A stretch of 64,000 bases of DNA from Felis catus (taxonomy: Eukaryota). Position 1 is the first letter of the stretch, and every line of letters starts with the position of its first letter. Of this stretch, positions 48,313 through 61,649 are shown one piece after another. The notes below the pieces were generated by a model. That model searched no databases, had not been told where the DNA came from, and saw only the letters and a list, made by a program, of their open reading frames with translations. Location of the stretch: positions 233,990,001 to 234,054,000 of the forward strand of contig NC_058368.1 of NCBI RefSeq assembly GCF_018350175.1, read 5' to 3'. Both the position numbers and the translations under genes were made by a program.

Positions 48313-50335
48313 TTTCAACAATTACTTTGAATACAAATGAACTAAATGCTCCAATCAAAAGACAGGGTGTCAGAATGGAGAAAAAAAGCAAAACCTGTCT
48401 ATATGCTGCCTATAAGAGACTCATTTCTGACCCAAGGCACCTGCAGATTGAGAGCAAGGGGATGGAGAAACACTTATCATGCAAACGGATGTCAAAAGAA
48501 AACCAGGGTTGGGGCGCCTGGGTGGCGCAGTCGGTTAAGCGTCCGACTTCAGCCAGGTCACGATCTCGCACTCCGTGAGTTCGAGCCCCGCGTCAAGCTC
48601 TGGGCTGATGGCTCAGAGCCTGGAGCCTGTTTCCGATTCTGTGTCTCCCTCTCTCTCTGCCCCTCCCCCGTTCAAGCTCTGTCTCTCTCTGTCCTAAAAA
48701 TAAATAAACGTTGAAAAAAAAATTTAAAAGAAAAGAAAACCAGGGTAGCAATACTTACATCAGACAAACCAGACTTTAAAACAAAGACTGTAGCAAGAGA
48801 CAAGGACATTATATAATAATAAGGAGGAAAACCCCACAAGAGGGTCCAACGATTGTAAATATTTATGCACCCAACATGGAAACACCCAAATATATAAAAC
48901 AATAATAAACATAAAAGAACTGATAATAATACAATACAAGGGGACTTTAACACCCCACTCACGGCAATGGACAGATCATCTAAACAGAAAATCGACAAGA
49001 CTTTGGATGACACACTGGACGGGATGGACTTAATAGATATATTCAGAACATTCCATCCTAAAACAGCAGAATACACATTCTTTTCGAGTGCACATGGAAC
49101 ATTCTCCAGAATAGGTCACATACTGGGTCACAAATCAGCCCTCAACAAGTACAAAAAGATCAAGATCATACCATGCATATTTTCAGACCACAACGCTATG
49201 AAACTACAAATCAACCACAAGAAAAAAATCTGGAAAGACCACAAATACAAGGAGGTTAAACAACATATTACTAAAGAATGAATGGGTCAACCAGGAATTC
49301 AAGTAAGAAATTTTTAAAAAATACATGGAAACAAATGAAAATGAAAACACGATGTCCAAAATTTAAGAGGCAGCAAGAGCAGCCCTAAGAGTGAAGTACA
49401 TAGCAATACGGGCCTACATCAAGCACCAAAAATCTCAAATACACAAACTAACCTTACGCCTAAAGGAGCTAGACAAAGAAGAATAAATGAAGCCTAAAAC
49501 CAGCAGATGGAAGGAAATAATAAAGATTAGAGCAGAAATAAATAATATAGAAACTAAAAAAAAAACAAAACAAAACAGAACAGTTCAATGAAATCAGGAG
49601 CTGATTCTTGGGGGAAAAATTAATAAAATTGATAAACCTCTAGCCAGACTTATCAAAAGACAGAGAGAAAGAGAGAGAGAGAGAGAGGGAGAGAGACAGG
49701 AGAAATAACAACCAACACCACAGAAATATAAGGATTATAAGAGACTATTATGAAAAGCTCGATGCCAACGAATTGGACAACCTGTAAGAAATGGATAAGT
49801 TCCTAGAAACATATAAATTACCAAAACTGAAACAGGAAAAAATAGAAAACTTGAACAGACTGATAGCCAGCAAAGAAATTGAGTCAGTAATCAAAAAAAC
49901 CCCAACAAACAAAAGTCCAGGACCAGATGGCTTCACAGGTGAATTCTACCGAACACTTAAAGAAGAGTTAATACCTATTTCTTCACAAACTATTCCAAAA
50001 CATAGAAAATGAAGGAAAACTTTCAAATTCATTCTATGAGGCTAGCATTACCCTGATACCAAAACCTAATAAAGACACCACTAAAAAGGAGAAGTACAGG
50101 CCAATATCCCTGATGAAGACAGGTGCAAAAACTAAATTTAACAATACATTAAAAACATCATTCACCACCAATAATTCAAGTGGGATTTATTCTTGGATTG
50201 CAAAGGTGGTTCAGCATTTGCGAATCAATCAATGTGATAGATCACATCAATTAGAGAAAAGTAAGAACCACATGATCATTTCAATAGATGCAGAAAAAGC
50301 ATTTGACAAAGTACAACATCCATTCATGCTAAAAA
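48313..50335 (+). mobile_element. Degraded internal L1 ORF2 fragment (endonuclease to start of RT), carnivore-type
   Basis: Fragments translate to L1 ORF2: [62 protein letters not shown]; multiple stops and frameshifts. Confidence 0.95.
48511..48730 (+). mobile_element. Young SINEC_Fc nested in L1
   Basis: Perfect TSD aaaagaaaaccagggt at 48494-48509 and 48731-48746. Confidence 0.97.
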
Positions 50336-50959
50336 TCAGATACGAATGCATTTTTTAAATTTTGCTACACTAGGTAATTTAAAAAACATGTATTGTGTCA
50401 TCCTTGAAATAGTCTCAGAGGCCTGGGCCAATAGCCTGCCTTTTGTTAGACCTTTTACCCAGAGCTGCCATTCTACCCAGGCACACACATAACACGAGAT
50501 CACGTTAAATATAGAGCTTCACGCTCATAAGCTCGGGAAACAGTCATCCTGGCCCAAGTCCCTGAGCCATAAGGGTGTCCTCCAAATTCCTTGGATATGA
50601 TTTTATCGCCACTTTTCACAGAAATTGAGGTATCTGCTCTCTCATGGAGATGGCAAAGATTCGTCTATTAAAGTAGCCCTTAGGAAATTAGAAAGGAAGC
50701 CACAGGAGAAGATCAATCCCATTACAGCCAATATGTTGCTTTGGGCGCAGGTGAACCTGCCAGTTCTCTTGTAAGGCTTGGTGGGCTTGATATACACACA
50801 GTACCCTCTCCAAGCCTGGGTCCCTCCCTGCCTCCACCCCAGCCTGCCTCTGTGTCTAAAGCTCCCACTCAGAAGGCCACTCTTTGGGATTAGGGTCCAG
50901 GTTTCAGAAGGCCCTTCCTAAACAAAACCTTTTAGGTTACTTACATTTGTTAACACCTC

Positions 50960-51130
50960 AGTGCAGATATGTGTTGAGCGCCTACTTCATGCCAGGACTC
51001 TAGACACCTGGGATACATCAAGTGAACAAAGAAGACAAAAATGCCTACTCCTGAGGAAAAGAGGCATACAAAATAGAATTTGAGGAGTCAGGAGGGCCGG
51101 GGCCCGGCAGCGGAGCAGGAACTATACTCA
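50960..51130 (-). mobile_element. L2 3' fragment
   Basis: ttgagcgcctacttcatgccagg...ctagacacctgggatacatcaagtgaacaaa. Confidence 0.6.
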
Positions 51131-51544
51131 ACAGGGTGTGGAGAGTAGTGACAAGTGAGCAGAGCTCATTATTGTGTTGCGTCAGGATGGAAGGACCAGG
51201 CAGAGGACATGAATTTCATTGTGACAGACTCAAGGAAGATGTGAGTGACACTGGCCTCCCCTGGGAAGATGCTGATTAAATCCATGGGAAGGTCTACACA
51301 GCTGAGACCCAAAGACGTAGGGACATAAGTAGAAAACAACACGGAGAAGCATCCTGAATCACGCCTAAACACACTTGTCATCTGAATATCCAGAGCAAGT
51401 GATTGTTACAAAGACCAGACAATGATAACGGGGTGGGGGGAGGCCAGGATAAGCCACAACCCCAAGAAGCCTGGGCTCCAATCTCAGTGACTGCCTTCCC
51501 TTTCTTGTAAGCATCAGCTTCTAACACAAAAAGCAGGACAGCCT

Positions 51545-51790
51545 AGAGCCTAAATGCACTGGCTGGTGCTGAATGCCTGGGTCCAAATCACACCCACCAC
51601 TCACTAGTTGTGTGGTCCAGAGCAAGTTGATTAACTTTTCTGAGCCTCAGTCTCCTCTTCTGGAAAACAGACATGGAAGTGCCCAACTCATGGGCTTGTT
51701 GAAGTTGTAAATGAAGGAAGTACTCAGAACAGGGTCTGGCACATGATAAGTAAGCCTTACACTCAATAAATACCTTAGTGTCATTTTTAT
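51545..51790 (+). mobile_element. MIR SINE
   Basis: ctagttgtgtg...gcaagttgattaacttttctgagcctcagtctcctcttctggaaaa...ctcaataaata. Confidence 0.75.
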
Positions 51791-52189
51791 TATGGGAGCC
51801 TGACCCAGAGACCCACGGGTGCTGGAAACTAAAAAGAGCTGGCTGGAATGTACACGGGGCAGGAGTGGATGGGTCCATAGACAGGAGGAAGGGAAAGGGG
51901 GAGAGACGGCAGCAAGGATCCAGAACATGAAAGGGAAAGATAAGCTATGGTCCTGTCGTGGGCTTCTATCCAGCAGAGGCAGCTTGAGAGTTCTTACCCT
52001 GCAGAGTAAAGCAGCCAGGCTCCAGAGAAGAACAAGGTCTGTTGAGGGATAACTATTGCCCAGTGTTGACTGAGGAAAGCTCTCAAGAATGCTCACTATG
52101 CCTGAAACAGGCAGCCTCTAAATTCATAGAAATGGCAGGGAGACATTCACTGTAAATATATATTCTCATGGTATTTCAAATTCCACCTT

Positions 52190-52637
52190 TGTAATGAGTT
52201 GAAATGTGCCCCCCAAGACATGTTCTTGTCCCAAACCCCAGAATCTGTGAATCTGACCTTATTTGGGAAAAGAATATATGCAGATGTAATTAAGTTAAAG
52301 AGCCTGAGATGAGGTCCTCTTGGATTATCCGGTGGCCCCTAAATACAATGACAAGTGGTGTTATAGGAGACAGAGAAGGAACAGACACACAGAGAAGGTC
52401 ACTTGGAGACACGGATAGATTAGAACGACGCAGCCACAAGCCCAGGTGCACCTGGAGCCAACAGAAGATGGGAGAGGCAAGGAACGATCCTCCCTTCGAA
52501 CCATTGAAGGGAAGACAGCCCTGCTGACACCTTTATTTGGACTTCTGGCCTCCACAAGTGTGAGAGGATACATTTCTGTTGTTTTAAGCCACCCAGTTTG
52601 TGGTAATTTGTTACCACAACTCCAGGAAAGGAGTACA
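52190..52637 (+). mobile_element. MLT1 (MaLR) LTR, MLT1B/C-like
   Basis: tgtaatgagttgaa...gaccttatttgg...ggacttctggcctcca...gttttaagccacccagtttgtggtaatttgttac...taca. Confidence 0.88.
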
Positions 52638-54900
52638 GTCACTATCTGGATCCTTCAACTACCTGGCCCAGTGTCTAAGCTGGAAGGCAACCAGGACCAC
52701 GGTAGGTGGGATGTCATAGCTGTCAGGTGCCTGTTTGAGCTGTGACCAAAGAGAGGAGCATTCTCAACTGGCGATGGGTCCCAAAGTGGAGACCCATGAG
52801 ACTGCAGTGGAAGGAATGAAGTGCAGTCAGAAGGGAAGAAGATGGAACAGAGAAAGCAATCAGAGAGGAAGCAGGAAGGGCAGAGGTGTCTGGTGGGGAA
52901 GAAACAGAAGGGAGGGTGGGCGGGGGCAGCCCAACATGGCAGCAGTCACCATCCCAGGAACGTGGCAGGCAGAGGAGCAGAGGACGGGGGGGAAGGATGC
53001 CTGGCATCGACAAGCAAAGAGTTAGACACCCTGAAGAGAGAGATAAAGAATCATAAAATATTGCCATAGCCCTAAGAGAGAAATCCGTGACTGCTTTATA
53101 AAAGGCAACTCACCGGGAGATGCCGTCTGGGACAGACTTATTCAGTGCTCCAACATGTCATGGCCCTGGAGAGACCAAGCTTCCAAATATCCCTTAGATT
53201 CTGGGTAACATAAGCCACTACAAATGCATTGCCCCCAAAATGGCCACATATGAGAGCATCACAGTGTGCTTTTAGTAGAAAGGTCACAGGCTCCCCTGTT
53301 TACTTCTTTTACTCCATATTTAAAAGTGGAATTTGTGAAATTTTTAGCAAATGTATTCAACTGAGTTGTATTATTTTTAAGAAGATGACATAAGAGATTC
53401 AAACTGGGACATGGCTTTAGATGATAACGGTCTTATTTTTAAAAATCTTTAATAAAGACGTTTGTGTGTTTTGAGTGTCCTTGTCCATACGTGCGGACTA
53501 TTTGTGGAAGACTTCGACCAAATCAGTAAAACTTGCTAAAATCTCCCCCATAGACCCACGGTGTCTATGGTTGAGGCAGACTGAGCACGTATCGGGTGCG
53601 CTTTCTTCTGCTCCTAACCCATCAGTCGAACCCTGGGGCCTGGGACACGCATCATCCTGAAGCACAGGTGAACGGTGCCTCTCACTTACCTGTTATTCTC
53701 AGACACATCGGTTTTATCACATTTTCTTGACTGTGAAAGAGCTTTTGGGGACCAAACACTTACCCAAGAGGAGCAAGGCTTGCCATTGTTAGATCCAAGC
53801 AGAATTCATTCCGAGGGACAGGGCGGCGGTCTGGGAATATTTCCACCTGCTTTCTGCTTCACACCCATCCACACCGATCTCCTTGATGCCGATGGGCATG
53901 TGCCAGAGCCGACCAGTGGTGAACCAAAGCACCGACCAGGGGCCGTAAGAGACTCCGTGCGTTATACGCAGGTCCTTCCTGGAAATGCTGACTTGGTGTC
54001 ACCCGAAAAGGCAGACTTTTAATGCCACTCGGGCTTCCCATTCTGTTGAAAGTAAGCGAGGCGAGAAGATCTTAGGAAAAACTACACACCCTGATAGCTG
54101 TAAAACTGTCTGCGCATAATAATGATGCCTTTAAAGTATAATAAAAAGATACACGCCGTAGAAATTGTCACGTTGCTGAGGAATGCCCTTGCCTCGTTCC
54201 GCTCTCCCAGCCAACAGCATAATGCGATGTGAGGAAGAAATAAAGCCTGTGGGATTGAGGAGAAACAGTGCGAGTGCAGAAATAATCACGGTACGTGTCT
54301 CTGAGCTGTCGACCATTGGAGACACTCTACTACATGAGAAAGAACTGGAGGACGGTGACTTGGGTTTGTGATTTTGTACTTTAGTTGTGGAAGGTAAGCA
54401 GGGTGGACAGGCCAGGGGCTCATGCAGTCACAAATATCTTCATGCAAACATCCTGAAAAACTGCACATAACCAGAAAGTAAGTTGCCGTCAAAAAATCAC
54501 ATTTGGGGCTATGTCCCATCCCCCATAAAGGTTCGGCCAAATGTCCTAGCTTTTCATATCGACCAAACAACCCAGCAGCTGATGCTCCGAGATGTCACCG
54601 AAGGGCAAAATGTATAAATTTAGTAAATATTAGAATAAGCAGGGTAAGAAGAGAGAAAAACGTTTAACATTGTTCACAAAGATTTCCATACTATGTGCAA
54701 AAGAAAAGGGGGGGAGGGGATCTCACCTGAAACGGAACTGTAAGCTGCTCAGAAAACCATATTATTAGGTGTGCCTTGTCCAGTTTTGCCACATAACGAA
54801 AGATCCTTATTTTCATAAGCAAGAAGATGTTATTCGCAGACATTGGAGAATAAGTAGGTGGTACACGAAACGTACTTTGGTACCCATTCAAAGGCTGTTT

Positions 54901-55136
54901 TTTTTAAAAAAAAAATTTTAATGTTTATTTATCTTTGAAAGAGAGAGACAGAGAGACAGAGACAGAGAATGAGCCAGGGAGGGGCGGAGAGAGAGAGGGA
55001 GACACAGAATCCGAAGCAGGCTCCAGGCTCCGAGCTGTCAGCACAGATCCCCACGCGGGGCTCGAACCCACGAACTGTGAGACCGTGACCTGAGCCGAAG
55101 TCGGATTTTCAACCAGCTGAGCCACCCAGGCACCAC
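54901..55136 (-). mobile_element. SINEC (Fc2-like)
   Basis: TSD tcaaaggctgttt/tcaaaggctattt. Confidence 0.94.
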
Positions 55137-56129
55137 TCAAAGGCTATTTCTGAGTGCCAGCTTGGAAACACTTCCGCTTGCCTAGAGAACATTCAGCTCC
55201 CCGAATAAGTAAGTATGCTTCGTGGATCGTGATAGAAGGAATCTGAAAAGACAATGTTTACATAATGCCAGTGCATGTCCACTGGTATTTCCCTGTTGCA
55301 TCTTTGGACCTGGTTTTACCCCCAGAGGGACTGGGTCCCACATAGGGAGATTGGGAGGCAACAAGGCGAGTCACCGGGATTATTAAAATTTGAAGCACTG
55401 GCCGCTAAACGGAGGGATACATAGGCTCTGTGAGGTTGACCTGGCAGCCCGGCTGACTGGAAATTTCTAACCTCATCTGGATTTTCCACAGGTCTGAGAT
55501 TACAGCACAGGGGATTTTGTTCCCGTTGAGGAAGGAGCCAAGCAAGGCCCAACCAGCACGGCCCCCATTTGCTTGGGATGTTTCTTTTGCTCTGTGGGTG
55601 TCTGACTGTGTTCGAATGAGTCTTGATCCAATTGATGATTCCAGAGCTTTTAATTAAGCAAAGATTCAGGTCCCTACCTCTGAATAATTTAATGAAACTA
55701 TACCCTTGAGGACAATGCCTATTTAAATAAACAAGGCTGTGTGAATTCAAACACCCATTTCCAAATATTATGCAACAGAGCAGTTCGTAATGAAAAGAAT
55801 CTCCACATCACATAACCTGAATGATCATTTGGGTTCCTACCATGGATGTTCAACACAAAGCAAATGGACCACAGACATTCAAATGTGGTTAACTCACGAA
55901 ACAGAAAGTCATGTTCTAGGCAGAGAAGAGGTTGTCATAACAAATAGTTCATGGGGTTTATGGGACGATTAATACCTGTATAGGGTCAGCAGAAAATGGA
56001 CTGTGATTTGTCCATTTGTCCATTGAGCTAAAAGCATTATTATTGATGCTTTTGCCAGCCTTTTACACTCAAGCTAACAATCTCCTGTTATTTGTAAAAC
56101 CGAGTTAAATTCAAGATCTTACATTTCTC

Positions 56130-56245
56130 TGTATGACCATGTGTAAATTACTCAACCCCCCCTCTCCCCCCGAATCTCAGTTTTCTCAACTATCCAGTGG
56201 AATTATCTACCCTCTTCATAGAGTGAGGATGGGGATAAAATCAGA
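56130..56245 (+). mobile_element. MIR fragment
   Basis: ctgtatgaccatgtgtaaattactcaacc...tctcagttttctcaactat. Confidence 0.5.
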
Positions 56246-56279
56246 GTGTTTACCAGCAGGATATAGTATTATTTAAAAA

Positions 56280-56497
56280 TTTTTTTTTCTTAATGTTTTT
56301 TATTTATTTTTGAGACAGAGAGAGACAGAGCATGAGCAGGGAAGGGGCAGAGAGAGAGGGAGACACAGAATCGGAAGCAGGCTCCAGGCTCTGAGCCATC
56401 AGCACAGAGCCTGATGTGGGGCTCGAACTCACAGACCGTGAGATCATGACCTGAGCCGAAGTCGGACGCTCAACCGACTGAGCCACCCAGGTGCCCC
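56280..56497 (-). mobile_element. SINEC_Fc-like
   Basis: Antisense SINE ending gagccacccaggtgcccc. Confidence 0.94.
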
Positions 56498-57529
56498 CGA
56501 TTTTTAAAGTTCATTGAAAGTTAAGTGTGTGTGTCCATAAAAATCCTCAGAAGCTTTACGTTCATGGCTGCATATCCATAATTTCTATATCTATCAATGT
56601 ACGGACATTATGTTTTCATAGAACAATCAAGCACATATCAGGCTAAAGTTCCCTTGTAAAGAAAAGAAGCCACGTGTGAATATTCTGATTTAAACTGGCA
56701 TTTAGTGCCACCTCTTATGAAGCTGTCCGTGCATTCAGATGCACGGTTCATGTGCTTATGCTTTATTTCTCCTCCCATGTTGCAGTTCATATGGCACATA
56801 CTAATTTCCCACCGTGTGCCAACGTCTGTACACTTGATTTCACATTCATTATTTTTTCACTCCTCACAAAGATATTGTATTATCGACTCAGTATTTTTAA
56901 ATGAGAGAGCAGCTACTCGGACCATTTGAGGGGCATCTCTAAGGTTGCATTAGTGGTGAGAAGAAAAGCCAGCGTTCAGACTTTGTATTCCAACTTGTGG
57001 GCCTGTTCAAAATACTCCACATTGCGAAAGTCCCCAGGAGAGAATCCAGCAAGTCCCCAGGCATAAACCAGGGGCTGAGGAATTCATAAACAACCCCAGA
57101 CCACATCCGTGTGTGTCTCACACTCTCACGCAGCAGTCAGTCACCCCTGGAAAGCCGGGTCTGGCCACATCTCACCTACTGACTGCCCATCTGGGACTGG
57201 CACAGGCATGGGGACTGCCCCCCTAGCGCGGTCCTTCCCCGTGGCCACGCTCACTCTGGCCTTCCTTCTGGCTCTCCCTGCCTCCCCACCCTGTCCAACC
57301 ATCTATCAGCTAGTCAATCCAGCACTTCTCTGTTCTGCCTGGGTCCTCGTAGCCCAGCTCTTGCTGGATTCTCTCCTACACATATTTCAAATCTGAATTA
57401 AACTTTATGTCCTCGTCAAGGCCTTCTTGATTACATCAGATGCATCAGAAAGGGTAAAACATTTTACCCTCTCGTAACACCTCACACTTTCCCTCCTTCG
57501 CATTTGTCCCAATATTTACTTACATATGT

Positions 57530-57588
57530 GTAAGTAGATAGATTGACAAATAGATATAGATGGTATAGAGATAAATGACGATGATGAT

Positions 57589-57626
<38 letters not shown>

Positions 57627-57971
57627 AGATAGATAGATGATAGATAATAGATGAATGGACAGATAGATGATGAATGGATAGACAATGGATGAATAGATGG
57701 ATGGATGGATAGATAGATAATAGATGGATAGATGATGGATGGATGGATGAGTGGGTGGATGGATGGATAGATGGATAGATAGATAGATAGATAGATAGAT
57801 GACAGATAATAGATGAATGGACAAATAGATGACGGATGGGTAGATGATGTATGTATGTATGTATGTATGTATGGATGGATGGATGGATGGATGGATGGAT
57901 AGATAGATAATGGATGGATAAATAGACAGATCCTGTTGGTTATTTTACTATGTAGAACCCTGATGAACGCA
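57530..57971 (+). repeat. Compound (GATA)n/(GGAT)n/(GTAT)n microsatellite ending in an MLT2-like LTR terminus
   Basis: About 400 bp of tetranucleotide arrays followed by atcctgttggttatttt...agaaccctgatgaacgca. Confidence 0.85.
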
Positions 57972-59789
57972 GTCAACAACATATATTAGCTTGTCTGTAT
58001 GTTGTGATGGCCCAATAAATAAATCCTCTTAGAAAAATAACTTTATGCCCTAAATCCAACCATCTGCTCCAGTTTTCCTGGATTCTTTTATCTTTGTTTA
58101 TATATCCCTGCATGGAATTTTGTTCCTTCAAAGACTGCCCTGGTCTCCACTGTGGACACAGACACAGGGGATTATTGTCAGGAAATGAGAAAACATGCAT
58201 TTCATCCATGAAACAGTTTTGGAACACTACCTCCGTTTATATAAGAGTTTTAGACTTTCATAGGTATCTCCTTTTCCTGGTATGTTCCGGAAGACCTGCA
58301 GTGTCCCCACTGTTGTTTACCCTCCCTTCATTCCTTGCAGAGGTGAGAAGAGCAGGTTCATGTCAGAGCCTGGTGAGGAGACTGAAAGAGAAAATTTCAG
58401 TGTCTCATCCAGACTCCTGGGAGTGAGGTACCAAAAACACCAGACTCCTCATTTTCTGATTCCTGAACAGGTTTAAACTAAAACTCCCCTCTTTAGTACC
58501 TTTGGCTCATAGAAAACACAGAAAGATATGTTTTAAGAAATGTGTATTTTTCTCTGTCATCCAAAATTCTGCAAGAAAATCAGATGAATCCTGTGACTTA
58601 TTTGACTTTTTGTCACTTGAACACCTCTTGGTAACATAATTAGGCACTGGGCATGCTTAGTGTGAAACTCACAAGAGGAAATTACTTAGCAATTAGTTTC
58701 AAAAACCAATTTAATAGTTTAAATAAAAACCCATAAAACTTGAATTTACCTGCAGCACCAAAACTGAGAACTAATGAGAGTTAAAAATAAAATAAAATTA
58801 GGATGGAGTCTTCCCCACAAGACGATTGCTCATAAGGTGTCTAAATGTCCCTGCCTCTCCCACGTCATTTACAATCTGGGTGCCATCACTCTCAGGATGC
58901 GTTCCCGCTTTACCTCATCACTTAGCATCTGACAAAAAGAGCCTTTCTAATTTCAAGTCAACCTTCTCACTAAAAAAAAAAAAATGGTTAGATCGACGTG
59001 TTTCTTCTTTTCACTTTTGATTTACAAACATTGTAGGCCATGTGGGCCACAGAAAGGAAACAGACTTTTGAAAAATGTGGATTCACCCAAAACAAAGCCA
59101 TCTGGATGCCTGCCCCAGCTCAGCGGGTGGAGACCCTGCCCTGCCACGAAGCTGGCCCAGAATTGGTGGTATGCTGCCGTGGCCATCCACACACCCTCTG
59201 TGCCTTGGGGCTTTCATCCGAGGCCTTCCCTGGGAATTGCCTCCACCCAAAGAGGGTATCCAAGGATTCATGGTCGGGCCACCTTCCCAGGCCACACCAC
59301 CAGAAGGGCCCTGCTAGCTCCTCTTCCCTCCCTCAGCCTCTGATGTGTTCCTGCCCCTGTGGGAGCCTGAGTCCCAGTGTTCACCGTGTCTCCTGAGGTT
59401 TAGCCGTGTTGCTGCCCTTCTGTGCTATTCACCCAGCCATCAGCAGAGCCCCGTTGCACTGGAGTTGGGGCATGCTTCCTGTCTCGCAAGGCCCTGCTGT
59501 GCAGTCTCGCTCCCCCAGGACAGAAGTGATGGCTTTACTGGCTTTGCAGGCTCACTCTGCACACCCGTGGGTCCCCTGTCATGCCAAGAACCCTCCTACT
59601 TGGGGACTCTTGCCTTTTGGTCTGCCTACAAGGTTCTTCCCCTTCTCGCCCTCCCCCTTGGCTCCTTAGGTGTTGGTTCAGATGCCGCCATCTGTGGCCC
59701 TTCTACCTGACATTATTTAAGCCCATGTCTGCTGGCCCAGGCCCTTCTCTGGTTTTTATCCTTCATGTGCGCCTACACTCGGCATACAT

Positions 59790-59950
59790 TACATTTGACT
59801 GGTGCTTCCTGATTGGTGCCTGTCTCCCCTTCTGCGATGGGGATCCTTGTGGGAAGGAAACTTGTTTCCATTCAATCTGCAGCCCCTGGCCTTGGAGCCA
59901 GGCTGGCACAGAACGCTGGGTCTATGTTTTGTTCAAACAAATGCGTGAAT
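59790..59950 (+). mobile_element. L2 3' terminus
   Basis: cctgtctcccc...gggaaggaaacttgt...agcccctggcc...gctggcacagaac...aaatgcgtgaat. Confidence 0.5.
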
Positions 59951-60453
59951 CAAAAGAACTCTGAGTAACACCACCAGACAGCTGTAGTCCTAAACTCGGC
60001 CACCACTGCTGTCTTCGGAGACCATCCTCAGAGGGCTCCTTTCAACCAGGACCTCCCCGTCTTACCTGAGGTGAGAGCGAGAAACCACCCTTTCCCCGCC
60101 ACTCCCTGTGCTAGCTTCGGTCTTCAAGAAGATGTGAGTTTTAGGAATTAAGAGAACAATTCAGGCTCATATCAAAGGCTGAGAATTATGTTTTCTTAAT
60201 TAATTAATATTTTTTATCATTCTGTCCCTTCAAGAAAGCTTTTTGCCTGAAATTAATCTTTTAAGATTTTTTCCCTCTTAAATCGGTGGACATGTACGTC
60301 TATGCTGACTGCTGTTAACCCAGCCACGTCGGTGTCACGTGGGGAAGCGTTTCCCTGGACGTCTTTCTCCAAGCCCGTCGCCGTGTCATCTGTGTTGTCC
60401 TTTGTAAAAAGTCAGATTTTATTTTTAAGCTGCTCAGAAAACCTTAGTCTTTT

Positions 60454-60670
60454 TTGTTTCTCTTTTCTTTTGTTGTAAATGTTTATTTATTTATTTTGAG
60501 ACAGAGAAGGAGCATGAGCGTGGGAGGGGCAGAGAGAGAGAATCCCAAACAGGCTCTGCGTTGTCAGGGCAGAGCCCCACATGGGGCTTGAATTCACCAA
60601 TGGTGAGGTCATGACCTGAGCCAAAATTAAGAGTTGGACGCTTACCCAACTGAACCACCCAGGTTCCCCC
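60454..60670 (-). mobile_element. Older SINEC
   Basis: TSD aaaccttagtctttt at 60439-60453 and 60673-60687. Confidence 0.93.
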
Positions 60671-61217
60671 AGAAACCTTAGTCTTTTAAGTGGAGACTAT
60701 GATCTTGTTTATTTATTGGTTCATTTTTAATGAGTTATAGATTTGGACTTATTTCTACCATCTTGTTTTATCCTTTAAATTTCCCTGATTTTCTGTTTCT
60801 TACCCCCTCCTTTTTGCATGTTTGTTCTCATTTCTTTTTTCTAATATATTTGTATAGAATATGCATCATGTTTCTCATTTTCATGGTAACGTCAATACCT
60901 AAAATATCTTGACCATTGTCGTGGATACTTCATCAACTCGAGAACCTTTATGTCATATCCCTTATGACTGATGTGCAATTGTTAACATGTGGTTTATGAA
61001 TATTGCATCTAGGGCTGAGTGTCTGATTTTCCTTTTGTGTAATGACCTTGGTGGATTTCACTATCAAGGCTGTGCTGGTTTTACCGAATTAGTTAGTGAC
61101 TGTTTTGCCTTTCTGTATTCTGTAAAGAGTTTGTATAAGACTGAAATAATTTCGTCTTCATTATGTATTATAATTTCCTGGCAAAGTCATCTGAGTCTTT
61201 AGTTTTATTTAAGAATA

Positions 61218-61423
61218 GGGGTGCCTGGGTGACTCAGTTGGTTGAGTGTCTGACTTTGGCTTGGGTCATGCTCTCATGGTTCATGACTTTGATCCCTGCA
61301 TCAGGCTCTGTGCTGACAGCTCAGAGCCTGAAGCCTGCTTCAGATTCCCTGTCTCTCTCTCTCTGCCCCCCCCCCAACAACTCATGCTCTTTCTCTCTCT
61401 CTCTCAAGAATAAATAAACATTA
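61218..61423 (+). mobile_element. SINEC (Fc2-like)
   Basis: ggggtgcctgggtgactcagttgg head; outer TSD taagaata/taagacta. Confidence 0.93.
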
Positions 61424-61434
61424 AATTTTTTTTT

Positions 61435-61649
61435 AATTTTTTTTTCAACGTTTATTTATTTTTGGGACAGAGAGAGACAGAGCATGAACGGGAGAGGGGC
61501 AGAGAGAGAGGGAGACACAGAATCGGAAACAGGCTCCAGGCTCTGAGCCATCAGCCCAGAGCCTGACGCGGGGCTCGAACTCACAGACCGTGAGATCGTG
61601 ACCTGGCTGAAGTCGGACGCTTAACCGACTGCGCCACCCAGGTGCCCCC
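61435..61649 (-). mobile_element. Young SINEC_Fc inserted in the tail of the preceding SINE
   Basis: Near-consensus; TSD aattttttttt at 61424-61434 and 61650-61660. Confidence 0.95.

Noticed and set aside
53684..53765. Minus-strand perfect donor (caggtaagt) with a possible 41-nt exon
   Set aside because: Short polypyrimidine tract, a second donor only about 25 nt beyond the acceptor, peptide unrecognised, no partner exons
57482..57982. 166-aa and 102-aa Ile/Tyr/Leu/Ser-rich ORFs
   Set aside because: Translation of the GATA/GGAT microsatellite
59030..59710. GC-richer stretch with several overlapping ORFs, possibly an old ERVL LTR
   Set aside because: No termini, TSD or protein similarity that I could confirm
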